From NCBI GenBank assembly GCA_963727455.1, contig CAVSGG010000005.1, positions 512,001 through 576,000 on the forward strand: a DNA stretch of 64,000 bases, written 5' to 3'. The notes beneath the pieces were generated by a model. The model did no database searches. It was not told the origin of the DNA and saw nothing but the letters and a program-made list of their open reading frames with translations. Positions 8,816-18,749 of this stretch are shown in pieces. The translations under genes were made by a program, and so were the position numbers. Origin of the DNA: Candidatus Krumholzibacteriota bacterium (GTDB taxonomy: Bacteria > Krumholzibacteriota > Krumholzibacteriia > JAJRXK01). Numbering within the stretch: the stretch's first letter is position 1; every line of letters starts with the position of its first letter.

Positions 8816-11281
8816 GTGATTTCCGTTGCCTCGATCGGGACACGACGGGGATGGCGCTTCCTCTTGGGAACCGCCTGTACTTTGCTGTTTTGGGTTCTTT
8901 TGGGGGCAACGTTCCTGCCGCTGCCTATGAGGGTAACCGGCGCGTGGCTCGTACTCTTGCTCGGTCCCGGGCTGGTGCTTCGAGTCGACGCCTGGTGGGA
9001 CGGGGCTGAACTCTTGGCCCGTATCGGGTCCTTACTTCTGGCCTCGTGTAGCTGGGTTCTTCTCACCATTTTTCTCGTTCAAGTTTTCGGCGGTGGATTG
9101 CGTCTGGGCCTCTTCGTCTTCAGCGCGAGTTTGCCGCTGCTTGCCCTGAGCCCGTGTCCTGCGCGGTGTCAGCGCAGCGTCTCTCCTTGGCGCGGCGCCA
9201 TTTTGCTCTTCTTGGTCCTCGCTCTTCTCTTCATTCATCTCACGAGACAACCGCCGCAACTTAGGCTCGATAGTGATGTTCCAGCTCATCTTGGGGCCAT
9301 TCACGACGCCCTCCAACAGAATCGCTTTCTTCCTTTCGACGGTTCATTTCCTGGCGCACCACCTGCGCGGGATCCGCGGATGGGTCTCCTCCACGGGGTA
9401 CACGCGGCGCTCGCCAAGGTGCTGGCTGTCGATCCGGCACGTGCATGGGGTCTCAGTGGCGGCGTTTTCAGCCTCATGTTTCTGATCTGTTTTGCTTGGC
9501 TGTTTCTGGAGTGGGGACTTGCCCAATGGCAGGCATTCGCGGCCGCATTCCTGCTGGCGGCGGGTAGCGGTGGGGGGGCCTCCCTGGGGATTTGGGGCGC
9601 CGTGTATCCCTCGCAGTTCGCCCTGGCCCTGGCTGGGGCTTCAGGTGCGTGGTTTCTGCGTACGAGGAAAAATTCCGGCGCTGGAAAACACTGGTGGTTG
9701 GGGTCCCTGGCGCTCGCGCTCTCAGTTTTGGTGCATCCCTTCGCGTGGTGGGGAATGTGTCTGGTGCTGGCCCACGTTCTCATCCTCTCCTGGATCACCA
9801 GGAAGCCCAAGGATCTGAGTCTGGCCCTCTTGCGATTTCTAGCATTGGCGGTGGGGGTTGGAGGTGCGTTGGCTCTTCCCCTGATGCTGCACAGACCAGG
9901 TAACACCGGACAATGGGAGCGAGCAGGAATTCTTCTATTCGGCCACGATCTTTTCACGATGGATCCTCTCATCGTACTTCGCTGGTGCGGCGTTCTCGCG
10001 CCTCTAGCCATCCTTCTCGCTGTCTGGCGGTGGAGACGCTGGAGGCGAGACGTTCGGGGACTCTTCGTCATTGCGAGTGTGTTGCCGATCTGGACGATTG
10101 CTTTCGACCCTTTGCTCGAGCCATTCGTTTTCTCGCACGCAGGATATCTCTCGGAGCGTTTGGGTCTGTTGGCGGGGGCTCCGGCCGTGCTGCTCTTGGC
10201 CCTGGCGCCCGAGAGCGGACAGACTTGGGGGCTCCTGCGGAGGACCGTGCTCGCAGCGGTAGTCTTGGGCCTGTTTGTCACGGTGTGGCCCAAGCTCGCA
10301 GCCTCTCCCTATCGGGTTCAGAAGTCCTTCTCGGCCCCGTTGAGAGAGGCGGTGGCCGCATCGCGGGGGACACTGTTGACCGACCCGCGCACCTCTTATG
10401 CCTTGCGGGGGATGAGAGGTGGAGCGTATAGCCTGTTACCCGTGGCACATGCCAGCCCCTTGGACGGTTCGGTCGAGATGCGGACGGGGTGGTACCGAAG
10501 AATGCTCGCGCGGGAGTGCACGCCGACTCAATTTGAGCACGCCCGCAATGAGCTAGGGGCATCCACCTTGCTACTCATGAAACAGGTCGAGGCGGAATAT
10601 GGGAAGATGCCAGAGTATGGGTTCGTGCCGTCCGACCGCCGGCAGGAGGATTTGGGCAAGCGACTGAAAGAGACGGGATTTGCCCCCAGGGCAAAAGGGA
10701 CGGAATGGGCTCTGTTCGACTGCAGAGATCTCACGGTTGTGCCCTCGGAGGATGTTGCCAACTCGAGTATCTGCGGAAAGCATCATCCTGGGGCTAGGAA
10801 AGGGGAGAGAGGCAGGAAGCTCACGAGTATTGAAATCAAGCCTGGCTCGGCGAGTCCGGGTGACAGCCTGACGGTCCGGATCTGCTACTCTGATGGCGCC
10901 GGGTCGATAGCGAACTCGAGCTGGGAGAAGGTACAATTGCGTTTTCTCGGACCGCACGAGCCGGTGCCACAACCTTTCCAGAGAGTAAGCAAGGTCTACC
11001 GCAAACTGATTCAAGAGAAGTCCTTGCGCTCGCAAAGTCGCTTCACCGTTACTTTCTTTCCCAACGACGGATATCCACTTAACCGAGAAGTGTGGGGAGA
11101 GTATAGAACAGTGGTCATTCCCGCTTGGATAAAGGAAGGACAGTACGAGGTACTCGCGGACTTGAAAGCGGAGAGATGGAGACCGGTAAGAAGGTTGGCC
11201 GACTATCTGGACGATCGAGCTCGATGGTCGGGGAAAAGTATGGGCCGAGTGATCGTGAAGTCTGAGGAAGGAAGGCGGTAA
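8816..11281 (+). CDS. Large polytopic membrane protein, putative GT-C/OST-like transferase (paralog A)
   Basis: About 13 TM helices, loop motifs DSDVPAH and DPRMG, then a soluble C-terminal domain containing HASP. Shares ordered motifs with 20087..22531. Confidence 0.6.
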   Translation: MISVASIGTRRGWRFLLGTACTLLFWVLLGATFLPLPMRVTGAWLVLLLGPGLVLRVDAWWDGAELLARIGSLLLASCSWVLLTIFLVQVFGGGLRLGLFVFSASLPLLALSPCPARCQRSVSPWRGAILLFLVLALLFIHLTRQPPQLRLDSDVPAHLGAIHDALQQNRFLPFDGSFPGAPPARDPRMGLLHGVHAALAKVLAVDPARAWGLSGGVFSLMFLICFAWLFLEWGLAQWQAFAAAFLLAAGSGGGASLGIWGAVYPSQFALALAGASGAWFLRTRKNSGAGKHWWLGSLALALSVLVHPFAWWGMCLVLAHVLILSWITRKPKDLSLALLRFLALAVGVGGALALPLMLHRPGNTGQWERAGILLFGHDLFTMDPLIVLRWCGVLAPLAILLAVWRWRRWRRDVRGLFVIASVLPIWTIAFDPLLEPFVFSHAGYLSERLGLLAGAPAVLLLALAPESGQTWGLLRRTVLAAVVLGLFVTVWPKLAASPYRVQKSFSAPLREAVAASRGTLLTDPRTSYALRGMRGGAYSLLPVAHASPLDGSVEMRTGWYRRMLARECTPTQFEHARNELGASTLLLMKQVEAEYGKMPEYGFVPSDRRQEDLGKRLKETGFAPRAKGTEWALFDCRDLTVVPSEDVANSSICGKHHPGARKGERGRKLTSIEIKPGSASPGDSLTVRICYSDGAGSIANSSWEKVQLRFLGPHEPVPQPFQRVSKVYRKLIQEKSLRSQSRFTVTFFPNDGYPLNREVWGEYRTVVIPAWIKEGQYEVLADLKAERWRPVRRLADYLDDRARWSGKSMGRVIVKSEEGRR

Positions 11282-12744
11282 TGGGATTCCGGGAGAAACT
11301 CGGAGGTCGACCACCTCAGGGCCTGAAGGCGGAGCGTATCTGGCCGGCGCTAACAACGATCTTGTTTGGAGTTATCGGCGCGTACCTGGTGACCAGCGTA
11401 GTCATCGACACTTCCAAGCGGAACGTAGAGATCTTGGCCGCCCTGGTCTTCCTTGGCTTCGTACTAGTCACCCACCCCTATAAGGCCCTTCTCTTTGCGG
11501 TTGTGGTCCTGTTTTTCCCCGCGTCGACGACCGTTGGTACTACGAGCACCTTGCTCATTTTTGCCGTGGGCGGCTTGGCGCTCATGAAAACTCGGCTGCT
11601 CCATATCCAATCACCATTTGTCAACCGAAAGATAGACCTGGCTCTAGCGGGCTTCATGGTGACGATGCTGCTCAGTCTTTACATGCAGGACTTCAGCAGT
11701 TTCAAGGCAGTCTTCCGACCAATCACCGGATTCGTATCCGGAATCGTGCTGTACTATCTCATCATTCAGCTCGTGGACACCAAGGAGAGATTTTTCAAAT
11801 TGGCGCAACTCTTCGAGGTCATGGCCGTACTCATGGGCATTCTGGCCGTCCTGCAGGCTACGTTTCCCGGGACGCACTTCCTCCCGGAGTTTTTCTCTTT
11901 TTCCAATGACGCCGCGACACTGAAGCAAATTCGCCTGGGGTATGTTCGGGCCCGTGCGACATTTAGCGGATTTGAACTCTTTGCTGAATTCTGTGCCATC
12001 AACCTTGTTTTGCAGTATTTCATGTTTCGACGCGCTCGCAGTATCAATGGGAAGTTATTTTGGGTAACGGGAGCGGCCATCATGCTTATGGCGCTCTTCG
12101 GTACGATCACGCGAGGCGGAATCATTATCTTGTTGTTTGGATGTGCGTACGCCATCGTCATGTCCGGACTTGCGATCCCACGCAAGGAGCTTCTCCGAGT
12201 TGCTTTTGTAGGCATGATGCTATTCTATCTCATACTTCCATTCATCGGAAGCTATACCGGCCACATGTTCGAGCGTCTATCGAAATTGGGAACAGACGAC
12301 AGTAGTGTGCATAGTCGGGAAATCGTCATGCAGCAGGCATTGGCGGCAATCCCCAGAAGCCCTTTCCTCGGCCATGGCATCTACACTCCCGTCGGGACCT
12401 TCCGTGGAGGAGTGTCGCAGAACATTCACAGCTTGTACGTGAGCCTTGCCTACAAGTTAGGGATCCCCAATCTGCTGTTGTTCCTGTGGTTCGTGTCAAT
12501 TCTCGTACGGACCAGTTGGAGGCAAAGTCAAAACCGACAAGCCCCGCGTGAATTAAGAGAATTCATGTTCGGACTCCACGTTGTCCTCATAATGTTTTTG
12601 CTGGACGAAGTAAAAATCGAGTTTCTTCGATCAGCACAGAGTACGCACATAGTATTTCTATACTTCGGGCTCATCATGAGCTTGAACGAAATCATCAAGC
12701 GTTCTACCAGAGACACTCTTCCGAGCTCGGCGCGGCGCGCGTAA
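11281..12744 (+). CDS. O-antigen polymerase/ligase (Wzy_C family)
   Basis: Multi-TM protein with RARATF, TITRGG, 'SR..' and PFLGHG...NIHSLYV...GI motifs. Confidence 0.85.
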   Translation: MGFREKLGGRPPQGLKAERIWPALTTILFGVIGAYLVTSVVIDTSKRNVEILAALVFLGFVLVTHPYKALLFAVVVLFFPASTTVGTTSTLLIFAVGGLALMKTRLLHIQSPFVNRKIDLALAGFMVTMLLSLYMQDFSSFKAVFRPITGFVSGIVLYYLIIQLVDTKERFFKLAQLFEVMAVLMGILAVLQATFPGTHFLPEFFSFSNDAATLKQIRLGYVRARATFSGFELFAEFCAINLVLQYFMFRRARSINGKLFWVTGAAIMLMALFGTITRGGIIILLFGCAYAIVMSGLAIPRKELLRVAFVGMMLFYLILPFIGSYTGHMFERLSKLGTDDSSVHSREIVMQQALAAIPRSPFLGHGIYTPVGTFRGGVSQNIHSLYVSLAYKLGIPNLLLFLWFVSILVRTSWRQSQNRQAPRELREFMFGLHVVLIMFLLDEVKIEFLRSAQSTHIVFLYFGLIMSLNEIIKRSTRDTLPSSARRA

Positions 12745-12848
12745 CGGAGATGGATCGACGTTTGCGCAATGTACAGTTATAAGGACTCTCCAAAGTACGA
12801 CGGGTCGGATCGAGTTAGGTTCATGGCGCAGGGAAAGCAGGGTCGCGC

Positions 12849-14702
12849 ATGTGTGGGATTGCCGGGATTGCTATGGCGGGGAGAATCCCCGCGAACACGG
12901 GTCTCCTGCGAGAGCTGACCGATTCCCTCTACCACCGCGGTCCCGATTCTGGCGGAACCTGGGTCAAGGGCAATGTGGGTCTGGGCCACCGTCGCTTGAA
13001 GATCATCGATCTCAGCGATCTTGCGCTGCAGCCAATGCAGACCGAGGATGGCGGAATCTGCCTCACCTTCAATGGCGAGATCTACAACTTCCAGGAGTTA
13101 CGTCGGCAACTCCAAAAAAAGGGCCACAGCTTCCGTTCGACTTCGGATACGGAAGTCCTTCTGCGGATGTATGTCGAGTACGGGATCGAGATGGTCCATC
13201 AGCTTAGGGGGATGTTCGCCTTTGGACTCTGGGATGAGAGCGCGCGTACGCTGTATCTCTGTCGGGACAGGATCGGCATCAAACCGCTTCTCTATTTCCC
13301 CGCGCCGAGCGGACTCTATTTCGCCAGTGAACTGCACGCTCTGAAGCTCGTGCCGTCTATATCCTCGACTCTCGATATGACTGCAATCGCCGACTTCTTG
13401 ACATTTGGCTATGTACCGGGACGGAAGACACTCTACTCGAGCATCTTTCGCCTTCCGCCCGGGCATATCCTCGAATATCGACCGGATACCGGAGCTCCGC
13501 CTCGGCTGAGGAAATATTGGTCTCTGAGCGATTCGGTCACGTCGACAGAGCGAGTCGCCTATGAAGATCGTGTAGCTGAGATCCGCGCGAAGGTCAGCGA
13601 ATGTGTGGAGTTGAGGATGGTCAGCGATGCCCCCATCGGTTCTTTTTTGAGTGGCGGCGTTGACTCGAGCTTTGTGTCTGGTTGTATGGCGAGTCTATCC
13701 CCAGATCCCATCGAGACGTTTTGTATCGGATTCGAGGATTCCAATGTAGACGAACGCCATTTTGCGAGAATCGTAGCAGAAAAATATGGAACAAAGCATT
13801 CCGAGCGGGTTGTCAACCCCAACGACCTCTCTTCACTGGAGGCCATGCCCGCCCTGCTCGCCGATCCGACAGCGGACAACTCGATTGTACCCACATATTT
13901 CGTTTCCCAACTCGCGAGGAGTTCTGTCACCGTGGTTCTCAGTGGTGATGGTGGAGACGAAGGCTTCGGCGGTTACAACCGGTATTCGAGAATGAGAGAT
14001 GGGACTCCGTTCGATCTTCTGCCGTACGGACTGCGCAAGCCCTTGTTCGCCACCTTATCAGCGCTATGGCCCAGCCACCTGAGGGGGAAGGGGTGGCTTC
14101 AGCGTACTGCAAATGCATTCCTTGAGAGGTACCTGAATATGATTGCCATTTTCCCGGCAGGGGAATGGCGGCAGATGTTGACACCAGATCTACGGGCCCA
14201 GCTGGAGGGATACGATCCCTATGAGGAATACCGCAAGATCTACAATGCCTTACCTGGTCAGCCTGTCGAGCGTCTTCTTCGTCTGGACGTGGAGACCTAT
14301 CTTCCCTCCGATATCCTCTCGAAGGTTGATTTGGCCAGTATGTCCGTGTCACTGGAAACTCGGGTGCCATTGTTGGATCATGAACTGCTGGAGCTGTCCT
14401 TCAAGATCCCAATCGATGTGAAAATGAAGGAAGGACGACGCAAGGCGCTGCTGAAGGATGCAGCCAGAAAGTTCGTTCCTTCCGAACTGCTGGGTCCCCG
14501 GAAACAGGGATTCGTCATGCCTCTTGGTGAGTGGTTCCGGGGGCCACTGGCTTCGACTCTGCAGAAGCAGAAGTCAGATCCGGTATTTGAACAGTCAGGC
14601 ATCGACAAGCTGGTGGAGCTTCACCGGAGGGGACACCGAGATTTTGGACGTCGTCTTTGGGCTATCCTAATGCTCCGAAGGTCGTTGGCCCAGATTCTTT
14701 AG
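12849..14702 (+). CDS. asnB: Asparagine synthase-like glutamine amidotransferase 1
   Basis: MCGIAG, HRGPD, GHRRLKIIDL, FNGEIYNF, LSGGVDSS, LSGDGGDE and ETRVPLLD. Confidence 0.95.
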   Translation: MCGIAGIAMAGRIPANTGLLRELTDSLYHRGPDSGGTWVKGNVGLGHRRLKIIDLSDLALQPMQTEDGGICLTFNGEIYNFQELRRQLQKKGHSFRSTSDTEVLLRMYVEYGIEMVHQLRGMFAFGLWDESARTLYLCRDRIGIKPLLYFPAPSGLYFASELHALKLVPSISSTLDMTAIADFLTFGYVPGRKTLYSSIFRLPPGHILEYRPDTGAPPRLRKYWSLSDSVTSTERVAYEDRVAEIRAKVSECVELRMVSDAPIGSFLSGGVDSSFVSGCMASLSPDPIETFCIGFEDSNVDERHFARIVAEKYGTKHSERVVNPNDLSSLEAMPALLADPTADNSIVPTYFVSQLARSSVTVVLSGDGGDEGFGGYNRYSRMRDGTPFDLLPYGLRKPLFATLSALWPSHLRGKGWLQRTANAFLERYLNMIAIFPAGEWRQMLTPDLRAQLEGYDPYEEYRKIYNALPGQPVERLLRLDVETYLPSDILSKVDLASMSVSLETRVPLLDHELLELSFKIPIDVKMKEGRRKALLKDAARKFVPSELLGPRKQGFVMPLGEWFRGPLASTLQKQKSDPVFEQSGIDKLVELHRRGHRDFGRRLWAILMLRRSLAQIL

Positions 14703-15863
14703 AGAAATTCCCGTGGCGATCCCCTCATACACTCGCAGGTGACTCTCAACCTCACGGTGGGCGCCATACTGCTCGCGTACGAGAGATGGTGCCGAAACCT
14801 TGACCGAGGTTCGCCAGTCGCTATCCGCCAGGGCAGCCGCGATCCTCCGCGCCAGGGTTATATCATCGTGTGTTGGAAAGGACCTCACTGCGAACCGGAG
14901 CGGGCCCAAGTCCTCGAGGTAGGGGAGTTCGGAACTAATGACGGAGACCCCCACCCCAAGGGCCTCCACCACGACATTCGGGAAGCCCTCCCTGAGGGAG
15001 GCGACGATCAAGAGGTCGAGCAGCTGCAGAACCGGGAATACATCCAAGAGCCGGCCAGTCCAGACGATGTGATTCTCCATACCTATCTCCTGGGCGAGGC
15101 GCCGCAATCTTGGGCCCTCCGCGCCGTCGCCAACCATAATCAGAGTGATCTCCGGGAAATCTTGGATGAGAGAAGGGAGCGCTTTGATCACTGTTGAGTG
15201 GTCTTTCAAGGGAAGCAGCGATCCAATCATCCCAAGGAAGGGGCCAGCACCCAATCCGGGAAATCTCTGACGCAGCTGGGCTAGACTGGTTGCTCGGGCG
15301 GGTTCTGATATTGATTCGGGCACCAAGCCATCATAGCCATTGGGGACGACGAAGATGTTCTCGGGATCAATGTTTTCCCGTGCAGCCAGTTTCCAGCCGA
15401 TCGAGCGACTATTGACCACAACTCTATCCGTACAAGCCCGCGTAACCCACCCCGCCAAGAGCTTCTTCGGAGGCCGCAGCTTCCAATCAAATTCATTGCG
15501 CTCACTCGTTATGATGTTCTCCACGCCCGCAAACTTGGCAGCGAGTGGACCAATGATCAGAGTGTCTGTGAGCAGGGAATGGAAGACATCGTAGCGGTTC
15601 CGGCGGAGGTGAACATAGAGGTCGAGAGGAAAGAATAGGGAGCGAATTTTTGAGGAGCTTCTGAGTTCGATGATCGGACAACCAAGCGAACGAAACTCTT
15701 CGGTGAGAGACCCCATCGCTTTGAAGCAGATAATCTCTACCTGGTGATTTCTCTCGAGCAGTCCTCTGACCAGTCTCAAGGCATGGCGTTCCGTTCCCCC
15801 AATTTCAAACCACCAAAGAAAGATGCCAATTCTGAGCCTGTTGAACTCGCCATGGAAGTCCAT
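14667..15863 (-). CDS. Glycosyltransferase family 4
   Basis: IGGTERH, VPNG, KDH and EGFPNVVVEA (EX7E). Overlaps the asnB 3' end convergently. Confidence 0.9.
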   Translation of the reverse strand: MDFHGEFNRLRIGIFLWWFEIGGTERHALRLVRGLLERNHQVEIICFKAMGSLTEEFRSLGCPIIELRSSSKIRSLFFPLDLYVHLRRNRYDVFHSLLTDTLIIGPLAAKFAGVENIITSERNEFDWKLRPPKKLLAGWVTRACTDRVVVNSRSIGWKLAARENIDPENIFVVPNGYDGLVPESISEPARATSLAQLRQRFPGLGAGPFLGMIGSLLPLKDHSTVIKALPSLIQDFPEITLIMVGDGAEGPRLRRLAQEIGMENHIVWTGRLLDVFPVLQLLDLLIVASLREGFPNVVVEALGVGVSVISSELPYLEDLGPLRFAVRSFPTHDDITLARRIAAALADSDWRTSVKVSAPSLVREQYGAHREVESHLRVYEGIATGISLKNLGQRPSEH

Positions 15864-16526
15864 GGTGAACTAACTCCCCTTCGTCGACGAAGACTATCGT
15901 TCCTCTGTGGATCGTCTGACCTTACTCTAGGTTTGCCTAGACTCAATGCCGATAGGCGAAGTGTATCACGAAGATGAAATACGGGCTAATAGCTGAATCT
16001 GGATCTGCCGTCTCGCGGAGTCGAGGCTAGTATCTCGATCGCCGGAATCAAGACAGCGGCGAGCTTCTGCTCATCTTGACGGGCACTCTGAGTTGGGTTG
16101 CATTTGCTCCTTTCGGGCTTGACACGATAGGAAAGCCAACGGAGCGCTTCTTCTTCTCTCGAGTATCAAATCTCTGTTTCTCTCAGGCCAATCCCAAGCA
16201 GACGGAGCTTTGCTGTGGGGGTAAGTGCTCTGATATCGAGGATCTCTCGGATTGGAATATCGTAGTCGGGCTTTCTGACTGCGAGAGCCGCCGTAGGCTA
16301 GGTTACCCCAAAATCCTGTCTAGTTCTGAGCTAGTGAAGCGTGGTTGACGGCATTGGGGCTGAACCTTTTAAGCTACATGGGGTTACAGCATTTGCGAAC
16401 CTTCAATGGCCCTTACAATGAGGCCGTATATTTGGTAGAATTGTATTGGGCTTGCCGAGGAGTTACCGCTCCATGGAAGTTGATTTTCGGGTGCGGTAGC
16501 TTACCCGCGATGCAAGGTGCTAAGTC

Positions 16527-17453
16527 ATGAAATCGGAACTTCCTGGGCTTCCAGATGTCTCCTTTGTACGGCAGGGTCAGAGGCTCGCATCTTATACTAC
16601 CTTCGGAATCGGAGGACCCGCGGAGTACCTGGCAAAGCCCCAGACTCTAGATCAAATGCAGGCATTGTTAGCCTGGAGCGCTCATCATGGACTCCGTCTC
16701 ACCTACCTGGGTGGGGGGAGTAATGTGCTCATTGACGATTCAGGGATCGAGGGCTTGACAGTCATTACCCGGCGCTTCAAATCAATGCAACGCATTTCGC
16801 GACACCAAGTGTATTGCGAGAGTGGCTGCTTTCTTCCGCATCTGTCCCGGTATGCGGACGAGAAACGTCGGGGAGGATGGGAGTTCATGGCTGCGATTCC
16901 CGGTACAGTTGGGGCGAGCGTCCGAATAAACGCGGGTTTAGGTAGTGGAGGTCAGATGGCAGATTGGGTTGTATCTGTCGACACGATCGATAGGAAGGGA
17001 ACCGTACTTCGACTCTCGAAAGACGATCTCAAATACGGCTATCGTTTCTCCTCCTTACTCAGGAGAAGCGATCTTTTTGTGACCGGAGCCGTGCTGAATC
17101 TGGGTCCGAAGGAACCTCTTGAAGACATTGTGGCACGCAAGAAAGAACTTCTTTCCCGTAGAAAAGCGAAGTCACCTACGAACCCAAGAAATTGTGGAAG
17201 TGTGTTTCGCCGCACTGAAGACAATAGCCCACCAGGACTTTTGATCGACAGAGCGGGGCTCAAGGGTTATAGAATTGGTCAGTGTCAGGTATCTCTTCAA
17301 CACGCCAACTGGATCGTGAATCTAGGTGGGGGCACTGCTTCCGAGGTCAAGGCAATTATCGACCACGTACAAAAAGTGGTTGAAGCCACTTCGGGGGTCA
17401 AGCTTCGCCGTGAAGTCGTCTACTTGCCGCAGGATCAGGAGGGGATGTCATGA
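16527..17453 (+). CDS. murB: UDP-N-acetylenolpyruvylglucosamine reductase (MurB homolog)
   Basis: TTFGIGGPA, GGGSN, IPGTVGA..INAG, YGYRFS, CGSVF, HANWIVN and LRREV. Confidence 0.93.
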   Translation: MKSELPGLPDVSFVRQGQRLASYTTFGIGGPAEYLAKPQTLDQMQALLAWSAHHGLRLTYLGGGSNVLIDDSGIEGLTVITRRFKSMQRISRHQVYCESGCFLPHLSRYADEKRRGGWEFMAAIPGTVGASVRINAGLGSGGQMADWVVSVDTIDRKGTVLRLSKDDLKYGYRFSSLLRRSDLFVTGAVLNLGPKEPLEDIVARKKELLSRRKAKSPTNPRNCGSVFRRTEDNSPPGLLIDRAGLKGYRIGQCQVSLQHANWIVNLGGGTASEVKAIIDHVQKVVEATSGVKLRREVVYLPQDQEGMS

Positions 17454-18745
17454 GTGATAGTCCCAATCACGAACAACTGGTAGTCGAGCGATCCTGCCTT
17501 GACGGTTCTGTCGTGCTAAGCGGAGCGAAAAACAGCGCGCTCAAGCTGATTGCTGCCTCAATTCTGACGGATGAGCCGCTGCGACTGCAGAGTTTTCCTC
17601 TGAAGCTCACGGATGTACAAGTCATGCTTGGCATGGTCCGATCGCTCGGAAAGAAAGTAGTCGAGGGTGATTCTGCCGTAAGGATAGAGGGACCCTGCAA
17701 GGTGATGACTCTTGAGTGGCGGGAAAGATCAGTTCGGACCAGCCTCTTGTTGCTCGCGACTCTATTGGGACGATTTGGTAGAGGCGCAGTACCCATTCCA
17801 GGCGGATGCAAGATCGGAGAGAGGAAGTACGATCTCCACCAGATGGTTCTGGAGCGACTTGGTGCGGAGATTTGGGAGGAGGATGGGCTTCTGTGTGGTA
17901 AGGCCAAAAGTCGACTTCGGGGTACGGAGATTCACCTGCCGATTCGGTCGACTGGAGCCACAGAAAGCGCAATACTTGCAGGTTGCCTGGCAACGGGCAG
18001 AACAGTACTCTGGAACCCACACGTCCGTCCCGAAATCCTAGATCTTATCAACTTGCTGGGGAAGATGGGTGCTCGAATTCGAGTTTACGGGCAGGAGAGG
18101 ATTGAGATAGATGGTGTGGACTGCCTTTATGGCGCTCGGCATGCAGTCATCGTAGACAATATGGAGGCCTTCACTTTTCTCGTAGCCGCAGCGGTCACGG
18201 AAGGTAGTGTCGAAATTCTGGGCTTTCCGAAGCATGATCTAGAAGTTCCGCTTATCTTCGCGAAGGCAGCGGGCGTTCATGTCTATGAAGGCCCTGAGTC
18301 GATAATTGTCAATGGGAGTGAGCATTGGCCCATTGAGTTGAGTACCGGACCTTATCCTGGGATCAATAGCGATATGCAACCGCTTTTCGCCGTGCTGGGT
18401 TCGTGCGCCCACGGAGAGAGCCGCATCACCGATCTTCGCTTTCCGGACCGATTTGGCTATGTCGAGGAACTTGCTCGTTTTGGGGGTGATTATAAGGTTG
18501 AAGGAAATCTACTGCGCATAAGGGGGGGTGGAACTCGTCATGGAGCTGCGGTACGCGCATTGGACTTACGGTGTGGAGCCGCTCTGTTAGTGGCGGGAAT
18601 GGTGGCGGATGGAACAACCAGAATTTTGGACTGTCATCAGATCGATCGTGGCTATGAGAACATCGTGGGTAAGCTTCAGGGTCTAGGGGGGAGACTCCAC
18701 AGGGAGCCAAGCGGATTACAGACATCGGAAAGCGTGCTCGAGTGA
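17450..18745 (+). CDS. murA: UDP-N-acetylglucosamine 1-carboxyvinyltransferase (MurA homolog)
   Basis: SGAKNSAL, PGGCKIGER (catalytic Cys), STGATE, YPGINSDMQ, DLRCGA and IDRGYE. ATGA overlap with murB. Confidence 0.93.
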   Translation: MSDSPNHEQLVVERSCLDGSVVLSGAKNSALKLIAASILTDEPLRLQSFPLKLTDVQVMLGMVRSLGKKVVEGDSAVRIEGPCKVMTLEWRERSVRTSLLLLATLLGRFGRGAVPIPGGCKIGERKYDLHQMVLERLGAEIWEEDGLLCGKAKSRLRGTEIHLPIRSTGATESAILAGCLATGRTVLWNPHVRPEILDLINLLGKMGARIRVYGQERIEIDGVDCLYGARHAVIVDNMEAFTFLVAAAVTEGSVEILGFPKHDLEVPLIFAKAAGVHVYEGPESIIVNGSEHWPIELSTGPYPGINSDMQPLFAVLGSCAHGESRITDLRFPDRFGYVEELARFGGDYKVEGNLLRIRGGGTRHGAAVRALDLRCGAALLVAGMVADGTTRILDCHQIDRGYENIVGKLQGLGGRLHREPSGLQTSESVLE

Positions 18746-18749
18746 TTTC

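Noticed and set aside
16491-16502. ops/JUMPstart-like GCGGTAG upstream of murB (also at ~2151)
   Set aside because: Only a partial match to GGCGGTAGnnTG, no JUMPstart context, and no NusG/RfaH paralog in the window.
16076-16530. Short ORFs of 90 and 61 aa upstream of murB
   Set aside because: TTG starts, no clear RBS and no motif or coding-like composition; treated as intergenic.
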